A stretch of 64,000 nucleotides of DNA from Deltaproteobacteria bacterium (GTDB lineage Bacteria > Desulfobacterota > Anaeroferrophillalia > Anaeroferrophillales > Tharpellaceae): positions 13,904 through 77,903 of the forward strand of contig JAFGVI010000026.1 of NCBI GenBank assembly GCA_016938065.1. The letters run 5' to 3'. The notes beneath the pieces were generated by a model that was not told where the DNA came from, did no database searches, and saw only the letters and a program-made list of their open reading frames with translations. Numbering within the stretch: position 1 is the first letter of the stretch; every line of letters begins with the position of its first letter. Below are positions 8,956-18,999 of this stretch, piece after piece. Position numbers and translations under genes: made by a program.

Positions 8956-9068
8956 TTTTCTGTTTAAAGCGCAACGAGTTATTTTAATCTCATAGCTTTC
9001 TGCTATGAAAACAATAGTCATCAAATGAATTTTTGTCAACTTACTCTTTGCGAAAAGGGGTAAAATAT

Positions 9069-10091
9069 ATGCGAGTTTTAGTTACAGGCGGCACCGGCTA
9101 TATCGGCAGCCATACAGTTGTTGAACTTTTACAGGCAGGCCACCAGGTTGTAATTATTGATAATCTCAGTAACAGTTCACACCGGGTTCTAGAGAGGATT
9201 GAACATATATGCAGGAAAAAGGTGGAGTTTTACGAAATTGACCTGCGCCATCCTTCGGCTCTGAATGATTTAATGACCCGGAATAAATTTGATGCAGTTA
9301 TTCATTTTGCCGGGCTGAAAGCAGTCGGCGAGTCGGTGGAAAAACCTCTCGCCTATTATGAAAACAATGTCGGCGGCAGCCTTAATCTTTTTCAGGCGAT
9401 GGCGCAATCGGGCATAAAAAATCTGGTTTTCAGCTCTTCGGCAACTGTTTACGGCGATCCCGACAGAGTACCGATCGATGAACATGCGGTCTTGAGACCG
9501 AGCAACCCCTATGGTCGCACAAAGTTGATGATTGAACAAATACTGACCGATCTGCACGCCTCCGACCAACAGTGGAATGTCATTCTGCTGCGCTATTTCA
9601 ATCCGATCGGGGCACATGCAAGCGGTCTGATCGGTGAGGATCCCCGCGACATTCCGAATAATCTTCTACCCTATGTTGCTCAGGTTGCCGGCGGAAGAAG
9701 AGCTCAACTGTCGGTTTTCGGCGACGACTATGAGACCCCGGATGGAACCGGGGTTCGCGACTATATTCATGTTGTTGATCTGGCCCTCGGCCACCTCCGG
9801 GCGCTGGAGAAAATTACGAGTGATCCCGGATTACTCTGCTGCAATCTCGGCACCGGCACCGGTTACAGTGTTCTCGAAGTCGTGAAGACTTTCAGTCGGA
9901 TCTGCGGCATCACCATTCCGTACACTGTCGTTCCCCGGCGGGCTGGAGACATTGCAACCTGCTATGCGGACCCGACTTATGCGCAAAAAACTCTGGGTTG
10001 GGTTGCGGAACGTGATTTGCTTTCAATGTGCGCTGATGCCTGGCGCTGGCAAGAACAGAACCCTGATGGATTTGGAGGAAACAATGATTGA
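9069..10091 (+). CDS. galE: UDP-glucose 4-epimerase
   Basis: N-terminus MRVLVTGGTGYIGSH (Rossmann) and a YGRTK catalytic motif. Track ORF starts at 9033; the internal start MRVLV at 9069 fits GalE homologs. Confidence 0.9.
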   Translation: MRVLVTGGTGYIGSHTVVELLQAGHQVVIIDNLSNSSHRVLERIEHICRKKVEFYEIDLRHPSALNDLMTRNKFDAVIHFAGLKAVGESVEKPLAYYENNVGGSLNLFQAMAQSGIKNLVFSSSATVYGDPDRVPIDEHAVLRPSNPYGRTKLMIEQILTDLHASDQQWNVILLRYFNPIGAHASGLIGEDPRDIPNNLLPYVAQVAGGRRAQLSVFGDDYETPDGTGVRDYIHVVDLALGHLRALEKITSDPGLLCCNLGTGTGYSVLEVVKTFSRICGITIPYTVVPRRAGDIATCYADPTYAQKTLGWVAERDLLSMCADAWRWQEQNPDGFGGNND

Positions 10092-10281
10092 TCAAATTGG
10101 TAATGATGCAGGTAGAATCTGGAATGAGCTGGAACTTAACGGCGAAATGACGACAGGGGCTTTGAAAAAGAATTTAAAAATTTCTCCGTTCGACCTCAGT
10201 GTTGCCATCGGCTGGCTCGCCCGGGAGGATAAGGTGGCTCTTTCGCGCAACGGCAACACCATTAAACTGCAATTGAAGTAA
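10084..10281 (+). CDS. Small winged-helix (wHTH) domain protein, hypothetical
   Basis: ATG at 10084 preceded by GGAGGAAACA (RBS). Overlaps the galE stop by 8 nt. 65 aa, MIDQIGNDAGRIWNELELNGEMTTGALKKNLKISPFDLSVAIGWLAREDKV. Confidence 0.45.
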   Translation: MIDQIGNDAGRIWNELELNGEMTTGALKKNLKISPFDLSVAIGWLAREDKVALSRNGNTIKLQLK

Positions 10282-10286
10282 GACTT

Positions 10287-11384
10287 TTGCCGGCCTCCGT
10301 CTATCTTGATTCATGCCTTGCCTATAAGGCGGAAACGATTGCTGAATCCTTACGCCGGGGCTTGTCCGCTCTCAATCTTGAAGATTCCGTAAGAAGTGGA
10401 GATCGCGTACTTCTGAAGCCGAACCTGATTATGGCGAAGGCTCCGGAACTTGCGACCACGACGCATCCGGAGGTGGTGCGTGCCGTCGCCATGGTGCTTA
10501 AAGATTGCGGCGCCCGGCTTTTTCTCGGCGACAGTCCCGGATTTGGCTCGCTTGACCGCTGTCTGGAAAAAAGCGGTTTGCAATCAGTCATGAAGAAGAT
10601 GGATATCGCCAAGGTCTATTTTACTGAAGAGACCACGGTGATGGATAATAATAACCTGATTGCCAAAAAGTTGACTCTGGCAACGGCCGCCTTTGCCTAT
10701 GACAAGATCATCAATCTGCCAAAACTCAAAACTCACTCGATGATGGGTTCAACCCTGGCAGTCAAGAATCTTTTCGGTTTTATTCCGGGATTGATGAAGA
10801 TCAAATGGCATCTGCGGGCAGGTCATAACCGTCAGCTGTTCGCCCGGATCATGCTTGATATCTATCGTCAGGTTACCCCGGTCTGGAATTTTATTGATGG
10901 TATCGTGGCCATGGAAGGGGAGGGTCCCACCGGCGGACAACCTCGGCATTGCGGTTTACTGGCACTTGCGGCCGAAGCCCCGCTGCTCGACTGTCTGGTT
11001 GAAAAATGGAGTGGTCTTTCCGCAATGACGCCGATCAGTCAAGAGGCGCAGAAACTTGGCTGGCTACCGGCAGAGCGGCTTGTCGCCGCGGGTCCGGCCG
11101 CAGCCAGTCCGCTCAGTCCCGCGCTGAAACCGGCTCAGGGAGCAACCCGGGCAACCTTTCCCGGGCAACGTCTCTGGCGTCGCCTGCTGGTGCTGAAACC
11201 TCAGATTACCCGTTCCCGCTGTCAGCTCTGTCGTGTCTGCGTACAGCATTGTCCGGCACAAGCCATGCAATTGCTTAACAACAAAATTGTGATTGACTAT
11301 AAACGCTGCATCCGCTGTTACTGCTGCCAGGAGCTTTGTCCTTACGGAGCCGTGCGTGTCGGTTACGGTCTGGTTTTCTGGTGA
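10287..11384 (+). CDS. DUF362 domain protein with C-terminal 2x[4Fe-4S] ferredoxin domain
   Basis: 365 aa, TTG start. RVLLKPNL motif of DUF362. C-terminal CQLCRVCVQHCP...CIRCYCCQELCP are two CxxCxxCxxxCP ferredoxin motifs. Confidence 0.65.
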   Translation: MPASVYLDSCLAYKAETIAESLRRGLSALNLEDSVRSGDRVLLKPNLIMAKAPELATTTHPEVVRAVAMVLKDCGARLFLGDSPGFGSLDRCLEKSGLQSVMKKMDIAKVYFTEETTVMDNNNLIAKKLTLATAAFAYDKIINLPKLKTHSMMGSTLAVKNLFGFIPGLMKIKWHLRAGHNRQLFARIMLDIYRQVTPVWNFIDGIVAMEGEGPTGGQPRHCGLLALAAEAPLLDCLVEKWSGLSAMTPISQEAQKLGWLPAERLVAAGPAAASPLSPALKPAQGATRATFPGQRLWRRLLVLKPQITRSRCQLCRVCVQHCPAQAMQLLNNKIVIDYKRCIRCYCCQELCPYGAVRVGYGLVFW

Positions 11385-11424
11385 TAAAAATTCTGGAACC
11401 CCGATCAGAACAAAAGGATTATAA

Positions 11425-12336
11425 ATGAATCGTAAAAATTTAAGCTGTATTGATCTTGACGAGCCTCGCCTTGAAGGTTTTTCCCAGTTTATCAGTGCCT
11501 GGCTCTATCAGGGTGAAGATTTTACTTTCCTGGTTGATCCCGGACCTTTGGCAACCATCCCTTATCTGCTCACGGAACTGAAAAAAAGGGGAGTTACGAA
11601 ACTTGACTATATCCTGCTCACCCATATTCATATCGACCATGCCGGAGGTACGGGAGAACTCTTGAAGGGCTATCCGGAAGCTCAGGTCATCTGCCACCCT
11701 CAAGGCATTAAGCATATGATCGATCCGGAAAAACTCTGGCAGGGTTCACTTAAAGTCTTAGGCTATATGGCGGAAGTTTACGGCGAGATCGTTCCGGTGC
11801 CCGAGGCCAATATCAGTTTTTCTGAAGAGGTCGGCACTACCGGCATTCGCGTTTTTATGACCCCCGGACATGCTCAGCATCATCTCTGTTTTCTGTTTGC
11901 CGATCTGCTCTTTGCCGGCGAGGTTGTCGGCGTGCGCAGTCCGGCACTCAGCGGTATTTATATGCGCCCGGCAACGCCGCCTAAATTCATGCTTGAGGTT
12001 GCACTTGATTCAATTGATCGGATGATTGCTCTGGCTCCCCGCTATCTGGTTATCGCCCACTACGGTCTGGTGGAACCGGCTCTGGAATATCTCAAGATCG
12101 GGCGTAATCAGCTTAATCTCTGGGTCGAAGGGGTCAGGAAAGTCAGCTCAGCCCCTGACAGGGCAGCTACTGATAGCGGGATTGAAGAGAAGCTTTTTGA
12201 ATGGCTTTTGCAGCGCGATGCAAACTATCGCCGGATTAAAGAGTTACCCCCGGAAATTTATGCGCGGGAACGCTATTTTCTCGGCAATACGATGCGCGGC
12301 ATGCAGGATTACCTGGACAGTCAACCAGCGATCTAA
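11425..12336 (+). CDS. MBL-fold metallo-hydrolase
   Basis: 303 aa. THIHIDHAGG metal-binding motif (HxHxDH). Confidence 0.7.
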   Translation: MNRKNLSCIDLDEPRLEGFSQFISAWLYQGEDFTFLVDPGPLATIPYLLTELKKRGVTKLDYILLTHIHIDHAGGTGELLKGYPEAQVICHPQGIKHMIDPEKLWQGSLKVLGYMAEVYGEIVPVPEANISFSEEVGTTGIRVFMTPGHAQHHLCFLFADLLFAGEVVGVRSPALSGIYMRPATPPKFMLEVALDSIDRMIALAPRYLVIAHYGLVEPALEYLKIGRNQLNLWVEGVRKVSSAPDRAATDSGIEEKLFEWLLQRDANYRRIKELPPEIYARERYFLGNTMRGMQDYLDSQPAI

Positions 12337-12370
12337 CGGGAACGGGAAAAATATTCAGACGATAAAATTG

Positions 12371-13333
12371 TCATAGTTCCCGTTCAGTAACAACCTGGTT
12401 TTTGCCGCGCCGTTTCGCCAGATAGAGCGCATCGTCGGCTCGCTTTATGAGTGAGTCGACATCATCATCGGCGGCAAAATTTGCAACACCGATGCTGACG
12501 GTAATCTGCAGCGTAACTCCGGTTTTTCTGCTGGTCAAGGTACTTTGCGCCAGCATCTTGATTATTTTATTGCCGGCTTGAACCGCTTGATCAATATCGA
12601 TTGAAGGCAGCAGGCAAATAAACTCCTCACCGCCGAAACGCGCCGGAAAATCTGAATCACGCAGATTCTGACGTAAAAAAGAGCCGAGTCCCTTGAGAAT
12701 GCCGTCGCCGACCTGATGGCCATATTCGTCGTTGACATTTTTGAAATCATCAATGTCGATCAACAGCAGACTGAAGGTCTGATTATAGCGTTTGGCCCGG
12801 GAATGTTCCTCTGAAAGCCGGCTGAAAAGGGCCCGGCGATTACAAAGGCCGGTCAGCTCATCGATAGTTGCCATATCGGCAACTTCTTCCATTTTTTTCT
12901 GCAGACGTTTAACAGTTTCCTGAGCATCAATAATATTACTGTGAATCGCCTTGTTGTTATCGATGACAATGCCCAGTTCCTCTGCAATTTCCCGCTTCAA
13001 TTGAGCAAGGTCAGTGATGTTTCCGTATGCTTTAAGATTCAACAGATGATTATCGAGTTGAGCACAGTGGTTACCGGTAACCTGATCAAGTTTATCGATC
13101 ATCGTCGATAACTCTTTCATGATTCTCAGGCTCTGATCCTGGTGGTTACTTGCCTCTTTAAAATCACCCTGCCGCTGTTCTTCAATGATTTCCTGTGACT
13201 CTTTATCTGTAGAGGAGAGAAAACGGTAAAAGTGACGCGAATAGATATCCGGCAACATCGGTATCCGATGTTCAACCATATGGTGCAGGGTTTTTTTGGC
13301 AACCCGCGCAACGGTGAGATAAAAACGTTCCAT
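12371..13333 (-). CDS. Diguanylate cyclase (GGDEF domain) with N-terminal coiled-coil/sensor region
   Basis: 320 aa. RFGGEEF active-site motif, and RxxD I-site-like KRYNQTF region upstream. Confidence 0.85.
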   Translation of the reverse strand: MERFYLTVARVAKKTLHHMVEHRIPMLPDIYSRHFYRFLSSTDKESQEIIEEQRQGDFKEASNHQDQSLRIMKELSTMIDKLDQVTGNHCAQLDNHLLNLKAYGNITDLAQLKREIAEELGIVIDNNKAIHSNIIDAQETVKRLQKKMEEVADMATIDELTGLCNRRALFSRLSEEHSRAKRYNQTFSLLLIDIDDFKNVNDEYGHQVGDGILKGLGSFLRQNLRDSDFPARFGGEEFICLLPSIDIDQAVQAGNKIIKMLAQSTLTSRKTGVTLQITVSIGVANFAADDDVDSLIKRADDALYLAKRRGKNQVVTEREL

Positions 13334-13472
13334 GTCTAAGGTAAACTCTGGTGCGGGGCAATAATATTGCTATTTTGCCGCCTCTTTGTTAAATTGTTAG
13401 GCTGAAAATATTATGCCGTCTTTATAGTTAGTTATGAGCCTGCCGTCAAGAAAATAACCTATGTAAACTATT

Positions 13473-15206
13473 TTGCCGCGGCTCAACTCTCTTTTTCTGA
13501 GAACAATCGTTATGGATATCTTTCACATTGATCGAACCTATCGCAATATCAGACGCTATCGTCAGATTGTCTCGGTTTTTATCAAATACGGTTTCGGCGG
13601 TCTTTTAGAGCAACTTGATCTTGACTACTATCTGGCGCTGGGTAAAAGTCTGATCACTCTGCAGCACATCAAGCGTGACGATCTGATTCGTTTCTCCAAG
13701 GCTGAGCGCCTGCGGCTGGCCCTTGAAGAACTGGGCCCGACCTTTGTCAAACTGGGACAGCTCCTCTCAACCAGACCCGACCTGGTCTCTCCGGATATTC
13801 TGCTCGAACTGCGCAAACTTCAGGACAAGGTCCCGGGATTCTCTTTTGCCGAAGCAGAAGAACAAATCAAAACTTCAATCGGCTCTCCGCTGACAGAAGT
13901 TTTTAAGGAGTTTTCCCGGGAACCGGTTGCCGCGGCTTCAATTTCACAAGTGCATCGAGCCCGGCTTCGAGACGGAAGCGATGTTGCCGTTAAAGTGCAG
14001 CGACCGGAAATCGAAGAAATGATCGCCACCGACATTGACATTATGTTCACCCTGGCCCAACTGGCCACGAAACATATAAGCGAGCTTGAGCCCTATCAAC
14101 CGCTTCTCCTGGTCCGGGAATTTGCCAAAAATATTCGTCTCGAACTTGATTTTCAGGTTGAAGGACGCAATATTGATCGTTTCGCCAAAAACTTTGCCGA
14201 TGATCCCACCGTACACATTCCCACGGTCTACTGGCAGCAGAGCAGCAGCAAGGTTTTAACCCTTGAATGGATTGACGGTATCAAAGTTGATGAATTGGAC
14301 CTAAGCGGGGAGAGTGCCTTCGATCCGCTTGTTCTGGCGGCCAATGGCGCCGACTTTGTTCTGCGCCAAATTCTGGAATTCGGTCTTTTTCATGGTGACC
14401 CTCATCCTGGAAACCTCTTTGTCCTCCCCGGAAATGTTATCGCCCCCATAGATTTCGGGCTTGTCGGCCGCCTTGACGATGAGTTGGCCAGCGCCTTGCT
14501 CGATCTACTCATATCTCTGTTAAAACAGGATGTTCAGGGTCTGCTGCGAGTTATGTTCAGAATCGGAGTCGTGGATGAAGAGAAGATAAATTTGAGAGAA
14601 TTAAGGGCTGATCTCTTTGATCTGCTGGATCGTTATGTCGGGGTTTCTCTAAAAAATCTTCGCCTGCATAATCTGGTGAAGGATTTTATGCGGATTGTCA
14701 GCTTTCATCAGATTCGCTTTTTGCCGGATTTTATGCTTTTACTGCGGGTTTTGCTTTCAGTCGAGACAACCGCCCGCCAACTTGATCCCGATTTTGATTT
14801 TGTCACTCACGCCGCACCTCTGGTCGAAAAACTGGCGGAAAAAAGGTTTTCTGCGGAACATCTGCAAAAAATTGTCCGATCACAGTTGCGCGAGCTTTCA
14901 TCCCTGCTTGAAGTTATTCCGGGTGCGACCCGCGACATTCTAAAAAAATTAAGTCGCGGTCATCTTCGTTTTGAATTCGAGCATTTAGGCCTCGACCTTT
15001 TCAGCAAGAATCTCGACCGAATTGCCAACCGCATCTCTTTTACGATGGTGGTATCAGCAATCATTATCGCCTCCTCCCTGATCATGTCGGCCGATAACGG
15101 CTTTAAGATATTCGGTTATCCATTACTGGGAATTATCGGCTATATTCTGGCTGGAGGCCTGGGCACCTGGCTGGCAATCGCAATTCTGCGATCGGGAAAA
15201 ATGTAA
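13473..15206 (+). CDS. ubiB: ABC1/UbiB-family atypical kinase (UbiB-like), C-terminal TM helices
   Basis: 577 aa. ABC1 kinase-like core (VAVKVQRP, HGDPHPGN) and a hydrophobic C-terminus. The true start may be the internal M at 13512. Confidence 0.75.
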   Translation: MPRLNSLFLRTIVMDIFHIDRTYRNIRRYRQIVSVFIKYGFGGLLEQLDLDYYLALGKSLITLQHIKRDDLIRFSKAERLRLALEELGPTFVKLGQLLSTRPDLVSPDILLELRKLQDKVPGFSFAEAEEQIKTSIGSPLTEVFKEFSREPVAAASISQVHRARLRDGSDVAVKVQRPEIEEMIATDIDIMFTLAQLATKHISELEPYQPLLLVREFAKNIRLELDFQVEGRNIDRFAKNFADDPTVHIPTVYWQQSSSKVLTLEWIDGIKVDELDLSGESAFDPLVLAANGADFVLRQILEFGLFHGDPHPGNLFVLPGNVIAPIDFGLVGRLDDELASALLDLLISLLKQDVQGLLRVMFRIGVVDEEKINLRELRADLFDLLDRYVGVSLKNLRLHNLVKDFMRIVSFHQIRFLPDFMLLLRVLLSVETTARQLDPDFDFVTHAAPLVEKLAEKRFSAEHLQKIVRSQLRELSSLLEVIPGATRDILKKLSRGHLRFEFEHLGLDLFSKNLDRIANRISFTMVVSAIIIASSLIMSADNGFKIFGYPLLGIIGYILAGGLGTWLAIAILRSGKM

Positions 15207-15295
15207 ACCGGACCGGAACAAGCCGTCTGAAAAAATCTCAAGCATGCCGGACCTCTGGTTTAAAGGGTTGATAAACCGTCACTTTCACCAATTAT

Positions 15296-16699
15296 TCATC
15301 GCTCGGATAACTTTTCGGTGACATAATTCTTGACTGCAGTTGTTTGCGCTTCGACAAGCTCAAAACGGCAGGGGAGTTCCGCCAGTGCGGCAATTTCCGG
15401 CGGCGCCGCCGGAAACACGCCGATGGCCTCTTTGACGGCGTCGGGAAACTTCGCCGGATGGGCTGTTGCCAGACAGACAATGGAGGAGGTGACCGAATTG
15501 CGCCGCTGAAGCTCCCGGGCGGCCCGGACTCCGGTTGCGCTATGCGGATCCAGAGTGTAACCGGTTTTATCCCAGGTATCTTTAATAGTTGACAGAATGG
15601 CTTGATCGTCTACGCGACAACTGGAAAAATCCCTGGCTGTTTCAGCGGAAAGAGCCGCGCTTACCTTGATTTCTCCTGAAGTTGTAAATTCTGCCATCAT
15701 CTCTTTGAGTTTTGCCGCATTACAGTCATTAAGATAGTAGAGATAGCGCTCAAAATTACTGGCCAGCTGAATATCCATTGACGGACTCAGGGTTGGCGTG
15801 ACGGTTGCTCGCTGATAGATACCGCTTCTGATAAAACGGTGCAAGATATCATTGGCATTGGTGGCAAGGAGCAGTTTTTTAATCGGCAAACCCATCTTCT
15901 TTGCCATCCAGCCGGCAAAAATATTGCCGAAATTACCGGTAGGCACGACAACCGTGAAATCTTTGCGCGCCTCCGGCGGCAGTTGACTGAAGGCACTGAA
16001 ATAGTAGACAATCTGGGCCATGATCCGGGCCCAGTTGATGGAGTTGACTGCCCCCAGATGAAAACTGTGTTTGAATTCGAGATCGGCAAAAAGTTCTTTG
16101 ACAATCCGCTGACCATCATCGAAATTTCCCTTGATTGCCAGATTGAAAACGTTATCATCCAGCACTGAGGTCATCTGTTTTTCCTGAACCGGACTGACCT
16201 TGCCGTGGGGATAGAGAATAAAAATATTGATATTTTCCTTGCCCCGAACCCCATGGATTGCGGCACTGCCGGTATCGCCGGAAGTGGCGCCGATAATGTT
16301 CAGTTTGCTTTTTTCACGAAGCAGCAGGTATTCAAAGAGATTGCCCAGAAACTGCAGGGCAACATCTTTGAAGGCAAACGTCGGTCCGTGAAAAAGCTCA
16401 TGAATGTAGATATCGTCGACTTTTTGCAGAGGCACAACTTTTTTATGGGAAAAGGTGGCATAGCTGGCTTCGATCAGTGCAGACAAGGTTGGCGCTGGAA
16501 TATCATCCCCAATAAATCGAGAAAAGATGGCCATGGCCAATTCGGTGTAGGAGAGATCGGTTAAGGCCGCGATCTCAGAGGTTGAGAAAACGGGAATGCT
16601 CTCCGGCAAAAGCAGGCCGCCATCGCTGGCCAGCCCCATCATTACCGCCTGATTGAACGATACAGGGTCGATCCCGCCCCGGGTACTGATATATTTCAT
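15296..16699 (-). CDS. thrC: Threonine synthase
   Basis: 467 aa. MKYISTRGG start and FAFKD PLP-lysine motif. Confidence 0.9.
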   Translation of the reverse strand: MKYISTRGGIDPVSFNQAVMMGLASDGGLLLPESIPVFSTSEIAALTDLSYTELAMAIFSRFIGDDIPAPTLSALIEASYATFSHKKVVPLQKVDDIYIHELFHGPTFAFKDVALQFLGNLFEYLLLREKSKLNIIGATSGDTGSAAIHGVRGKENINIFILYPHGKVSPVQEKQMTSVLDDNVFNLAIKGNFDDGQRIVKELFADLEFKHSFHLGAVNSINWARIMAQIVYYFSAFSQLPPEARKDFTVVVPTGNFGNIFAGWMAKKMGLPIKKLLLATNANDILHRFIRSGIYQRATVTPTLSPSMDIQLASNFERYLYYLNDCNAAKLKEMMAEFTTSGEIKVSAALSAETARDFSSCRVDDQAILSTIKDTWDKTGYTLDPHSATGVRAARELQRRNSVTSSIVCLATAHPAKFPDAVKEAIGVFPAAPPEIAALAELPCRFELVEAQTTAVKNYVTEKLSER

Positions 16700-16767
16700 A
16701 AGTGAAAAATTCCGCTCTTACGTCGCAAATCTAATGAATAAGCTCATAGTTGCAATTATAGTTTATT

Positions 16768-17802
16768 TCAGCGTACTGAAAATTCATGCACCGCATCAAT
16801 CATCGCTCTGGCATGATCAATCGGGGTGGTCGGTAAAATACCGTGACCGAGATTGAAGATATGGCCGTTACGGTTTTCAGCCTGAGCAAGGATTCTTTTT
16901 ACCCGTTTTCTGATTTCGGGAATGGGGGCGAAGAGGGCAACCGGTTCAAAATTTCCCTGCACCCCGCGATCATATCCGATGCTTTCCCAGGCTTTTTTAA
17001 GATCCTGCCGCCAGTCAAGACCAATGATGTCGCCGCCGGCGGCAACCACCTGAGGCAACAGGGTCGAGGCCTGATTGGCAAAATGGATTTTGGGAACATC
17101 GTAGATATCAAGAGCGGCAAAGATTTTACGGTTATAGGGAAAAACATACTCTTCGTAATCAAGCGGTCCAAGACAGCCCACCCAGCTGTCAAAGAGCTGA
17201 ACAACCTGAGCCCCGGCCTCTATCTGGGCCTTCAGGTAGGAGATAACTGTATCCGTAATCATCGCCATCAGCTTATGGTAGACTTCAGGATTGGCATACA
17301 TCAGGGTTTTGACATGCTGGTACTGTTTGGAGCCTCCGCCTTCAACCAGATAGCTGGCCAGGGTGAAAGGCGCACCGGAGAAACCGATCAACGGCACTTT
17401 ACCTTCGAGCTCACGGCGCAAGATGCGAATCGCGTCCATCACAAAAGGTACGGCTTCTGCCGCCTCTATGACATGCAGACTCTCAAGATCTTGAGCTGAT
17501 CGGATGGGCCTGTCGACCACCGGACCACGGCCCTCATGAAATTCGATGGCCGAACCCATGGCTTCAACAGGCACAAGAATATCAGAAAAGAGAATAGCAG
17601 CATCAATTTCCATACGCCGTAAGGGTTGCAGGGTAACCTCAACCGCCAATTCCGGGGTTTTGCACATCTCCCAGAAAGAGTGTTTTTCCCGTAGAGCCCG
17701 ATATTCGGGCAGATAACGGCCCGCCTGGCGCATCATCCAGACCGGAGTACAATCTACATCCTGACGTCGGCAGGCGCGTAAAAAGCGATAATCATTTTTC
17801 AT
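16768..17802 (-). CDS. hemE: Uroporphyrinogen decarboxylase
   Basis: 344 aa. PVWMMRQAGRYLPEYR is the canonical HemE N-terminal motif. Confidence 0.9.
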   Translation of the reverse strand: MKNDYRFLRACRRQDVDCTPVWMMRQAGRYLPEYRALREKHSFWEMCKTPELAVEVTLQPLRRMEIDAAILFSDILVPVEAMGSAIEFHEGRGPVVDRPIRSAQDLESLHVIEAAEAVPFVMDAIRILRRELEGKVPLIGFSGAPFTLASYLVEGGGSKQYQHVKTLMYANPEVYHKLMAMITDTVISYLKAQIEAGAQVVQLFDSWVGCLGPLDYEEYVFPYNRKIFAALDIYDVPKIHFANQASTLLPQVVAAGGDIIGLDWRQDLKKAWESIGYDRGVQGNFEPVALFAPIPEIRKRVKRILAQAENRNGHIFNLGHGILPTTPIDHARAMIDAVHEFSVR

Positions 17803-17939
17803 CTTGTCATAACTCCTGTAAAAGCATATATGAGATTTCTTCGAGTGGGCAGGCCTCTGCCGTTATCTTCTATTAACCAGCAGCCCGTCACTAACATAAT
17901 CGACCATTCCATTCAAGAAAATTCAATTTCACCGTACTC

Positions 17940-18812
17940 ATGGAGGTAACCAGCTTGAACCCTAATCTTGAACTGACCCCTCAATTCTGGCGTGATTATG
18001 TCTTGTCACGCAAACGCTCTCTGCCCCGCAAAAATATTGCAACCGGCAAAAAATGGGATCAGATGGCTGAACATTACCACACTTTTGAAGAGGATGAATC
18101 ATTCGTTGCCGAACAGCAGTGGATTAAAACAGGCTTAATCCAGCGGGGCATGCTGAATCCCGATCAGGAAATTATTGATATTGCCTGCGGCCCGGGCACC
18201 CATTGTTTCGATTTTGCCAGAAGCTGCCGTCATGTCACGGCTGTCGATGTTTCAAGCAAGATGATTGAACAGGTGAGGTTGCGGCAAAAAAAAGAGCAGG
18301 TTGATAACCTGACAGTCATCTGTCATGATTTTTATGATTTTCAGCCGCAGCAGCAGTATGATACAGTTTTTGTCTCAATGAGTCCCATTTTGAATGAGCT
18401 TGAAAGCGTCGATCGTCTGCTGAAAATGAGCCGGCGCAATCTGGTTTTGATCTACTGGGCCGGGGTTCGCGATAATCCGCTTTTCCAGAACTGTTTTAAG
18501 ATGATCTATGATGAAGCATATCAGTGGGATGCTATGGATATAACGACTATTTTCAACTATCTCAATGCTCTGGGCTACTCACCGGAGATCACCTATCTGC
18601 ATCCACTGTGGAAACGCCATGAAACGCTGGCGCATACGGTTGAACATCTGATCTGGCATCTTGAATTTTACCGCTCTCTGAGTGACGCTGAGAAAAAAAA
18701 GGTTTACGACCTGACGGCCCTTGAAGCCGACTCTCAGGGAATGGTGACCTATCTTACCCGGGTGCGTAAAGGAGCGCTCTTTCTTGATTTGGAAGCCGGC
18801 CGTAAGTTTTGA
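17940..18812 (+). CDS. Class I SAM-dependent methyltransferase
   Basis: 290 aa. IDIACGPGTH glycine-rich SAM-binding motif I. Confidence 0.6.
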   Translation: MEVTSLNPNLELTPQFWRDYVLSRKRSLPRKNIATGKKWDQMAEHYHTFEEDESFVAEQQWIKTGLIQRGMLNPDQEIIDIACGPGTHCFDFARSCRHVTAVDVSSKMIEQVRLRQKKEQVDNLTVICHDFYDFQPQQQYDTVFVSMSPILNELESVDRLLKMSRRNLVLIYWAGVRDNPLFQNCFKMIYDEAYQWDAMDITTIFNYLNALGYSPEITYLHPLWKRHETLAHTVEHLIWHLEFYRSLSDAEKKKVYDLTALEADSQGMVTYLTRVRKGALFLDLEAGRKF

Positions 18813-18862
18813 TGATTTACCGACTTAAAATCTTTATCACGGCCGGAAACTTTAAACTGTAT

Positions 18863-18890
18863 TGACTTTATCTTCTTTTATTTGTACTAT
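18863..18890 (+). promoter_or_regulatory. Sigma70-like promoter upstream of fprA
   Basis: -35 TTGACT (18863-18868), 16-bp spacer, -10 TACTAT (18885-18890). Embedded in the inverted repeat TTGACT...AGTCAA (18863-18896). Confidence 0.45.
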
Positions 18891-18999
18891 AGTCAAAGTT
18901 GTATTTTTGCAGACTGCTTGAGGATATTGTTGCACAAAAAATTATCCTGAATATTCAAAGGTAAAAGTTTTTCCGGCAGCGCCGAAAGGGGAGGAATAG

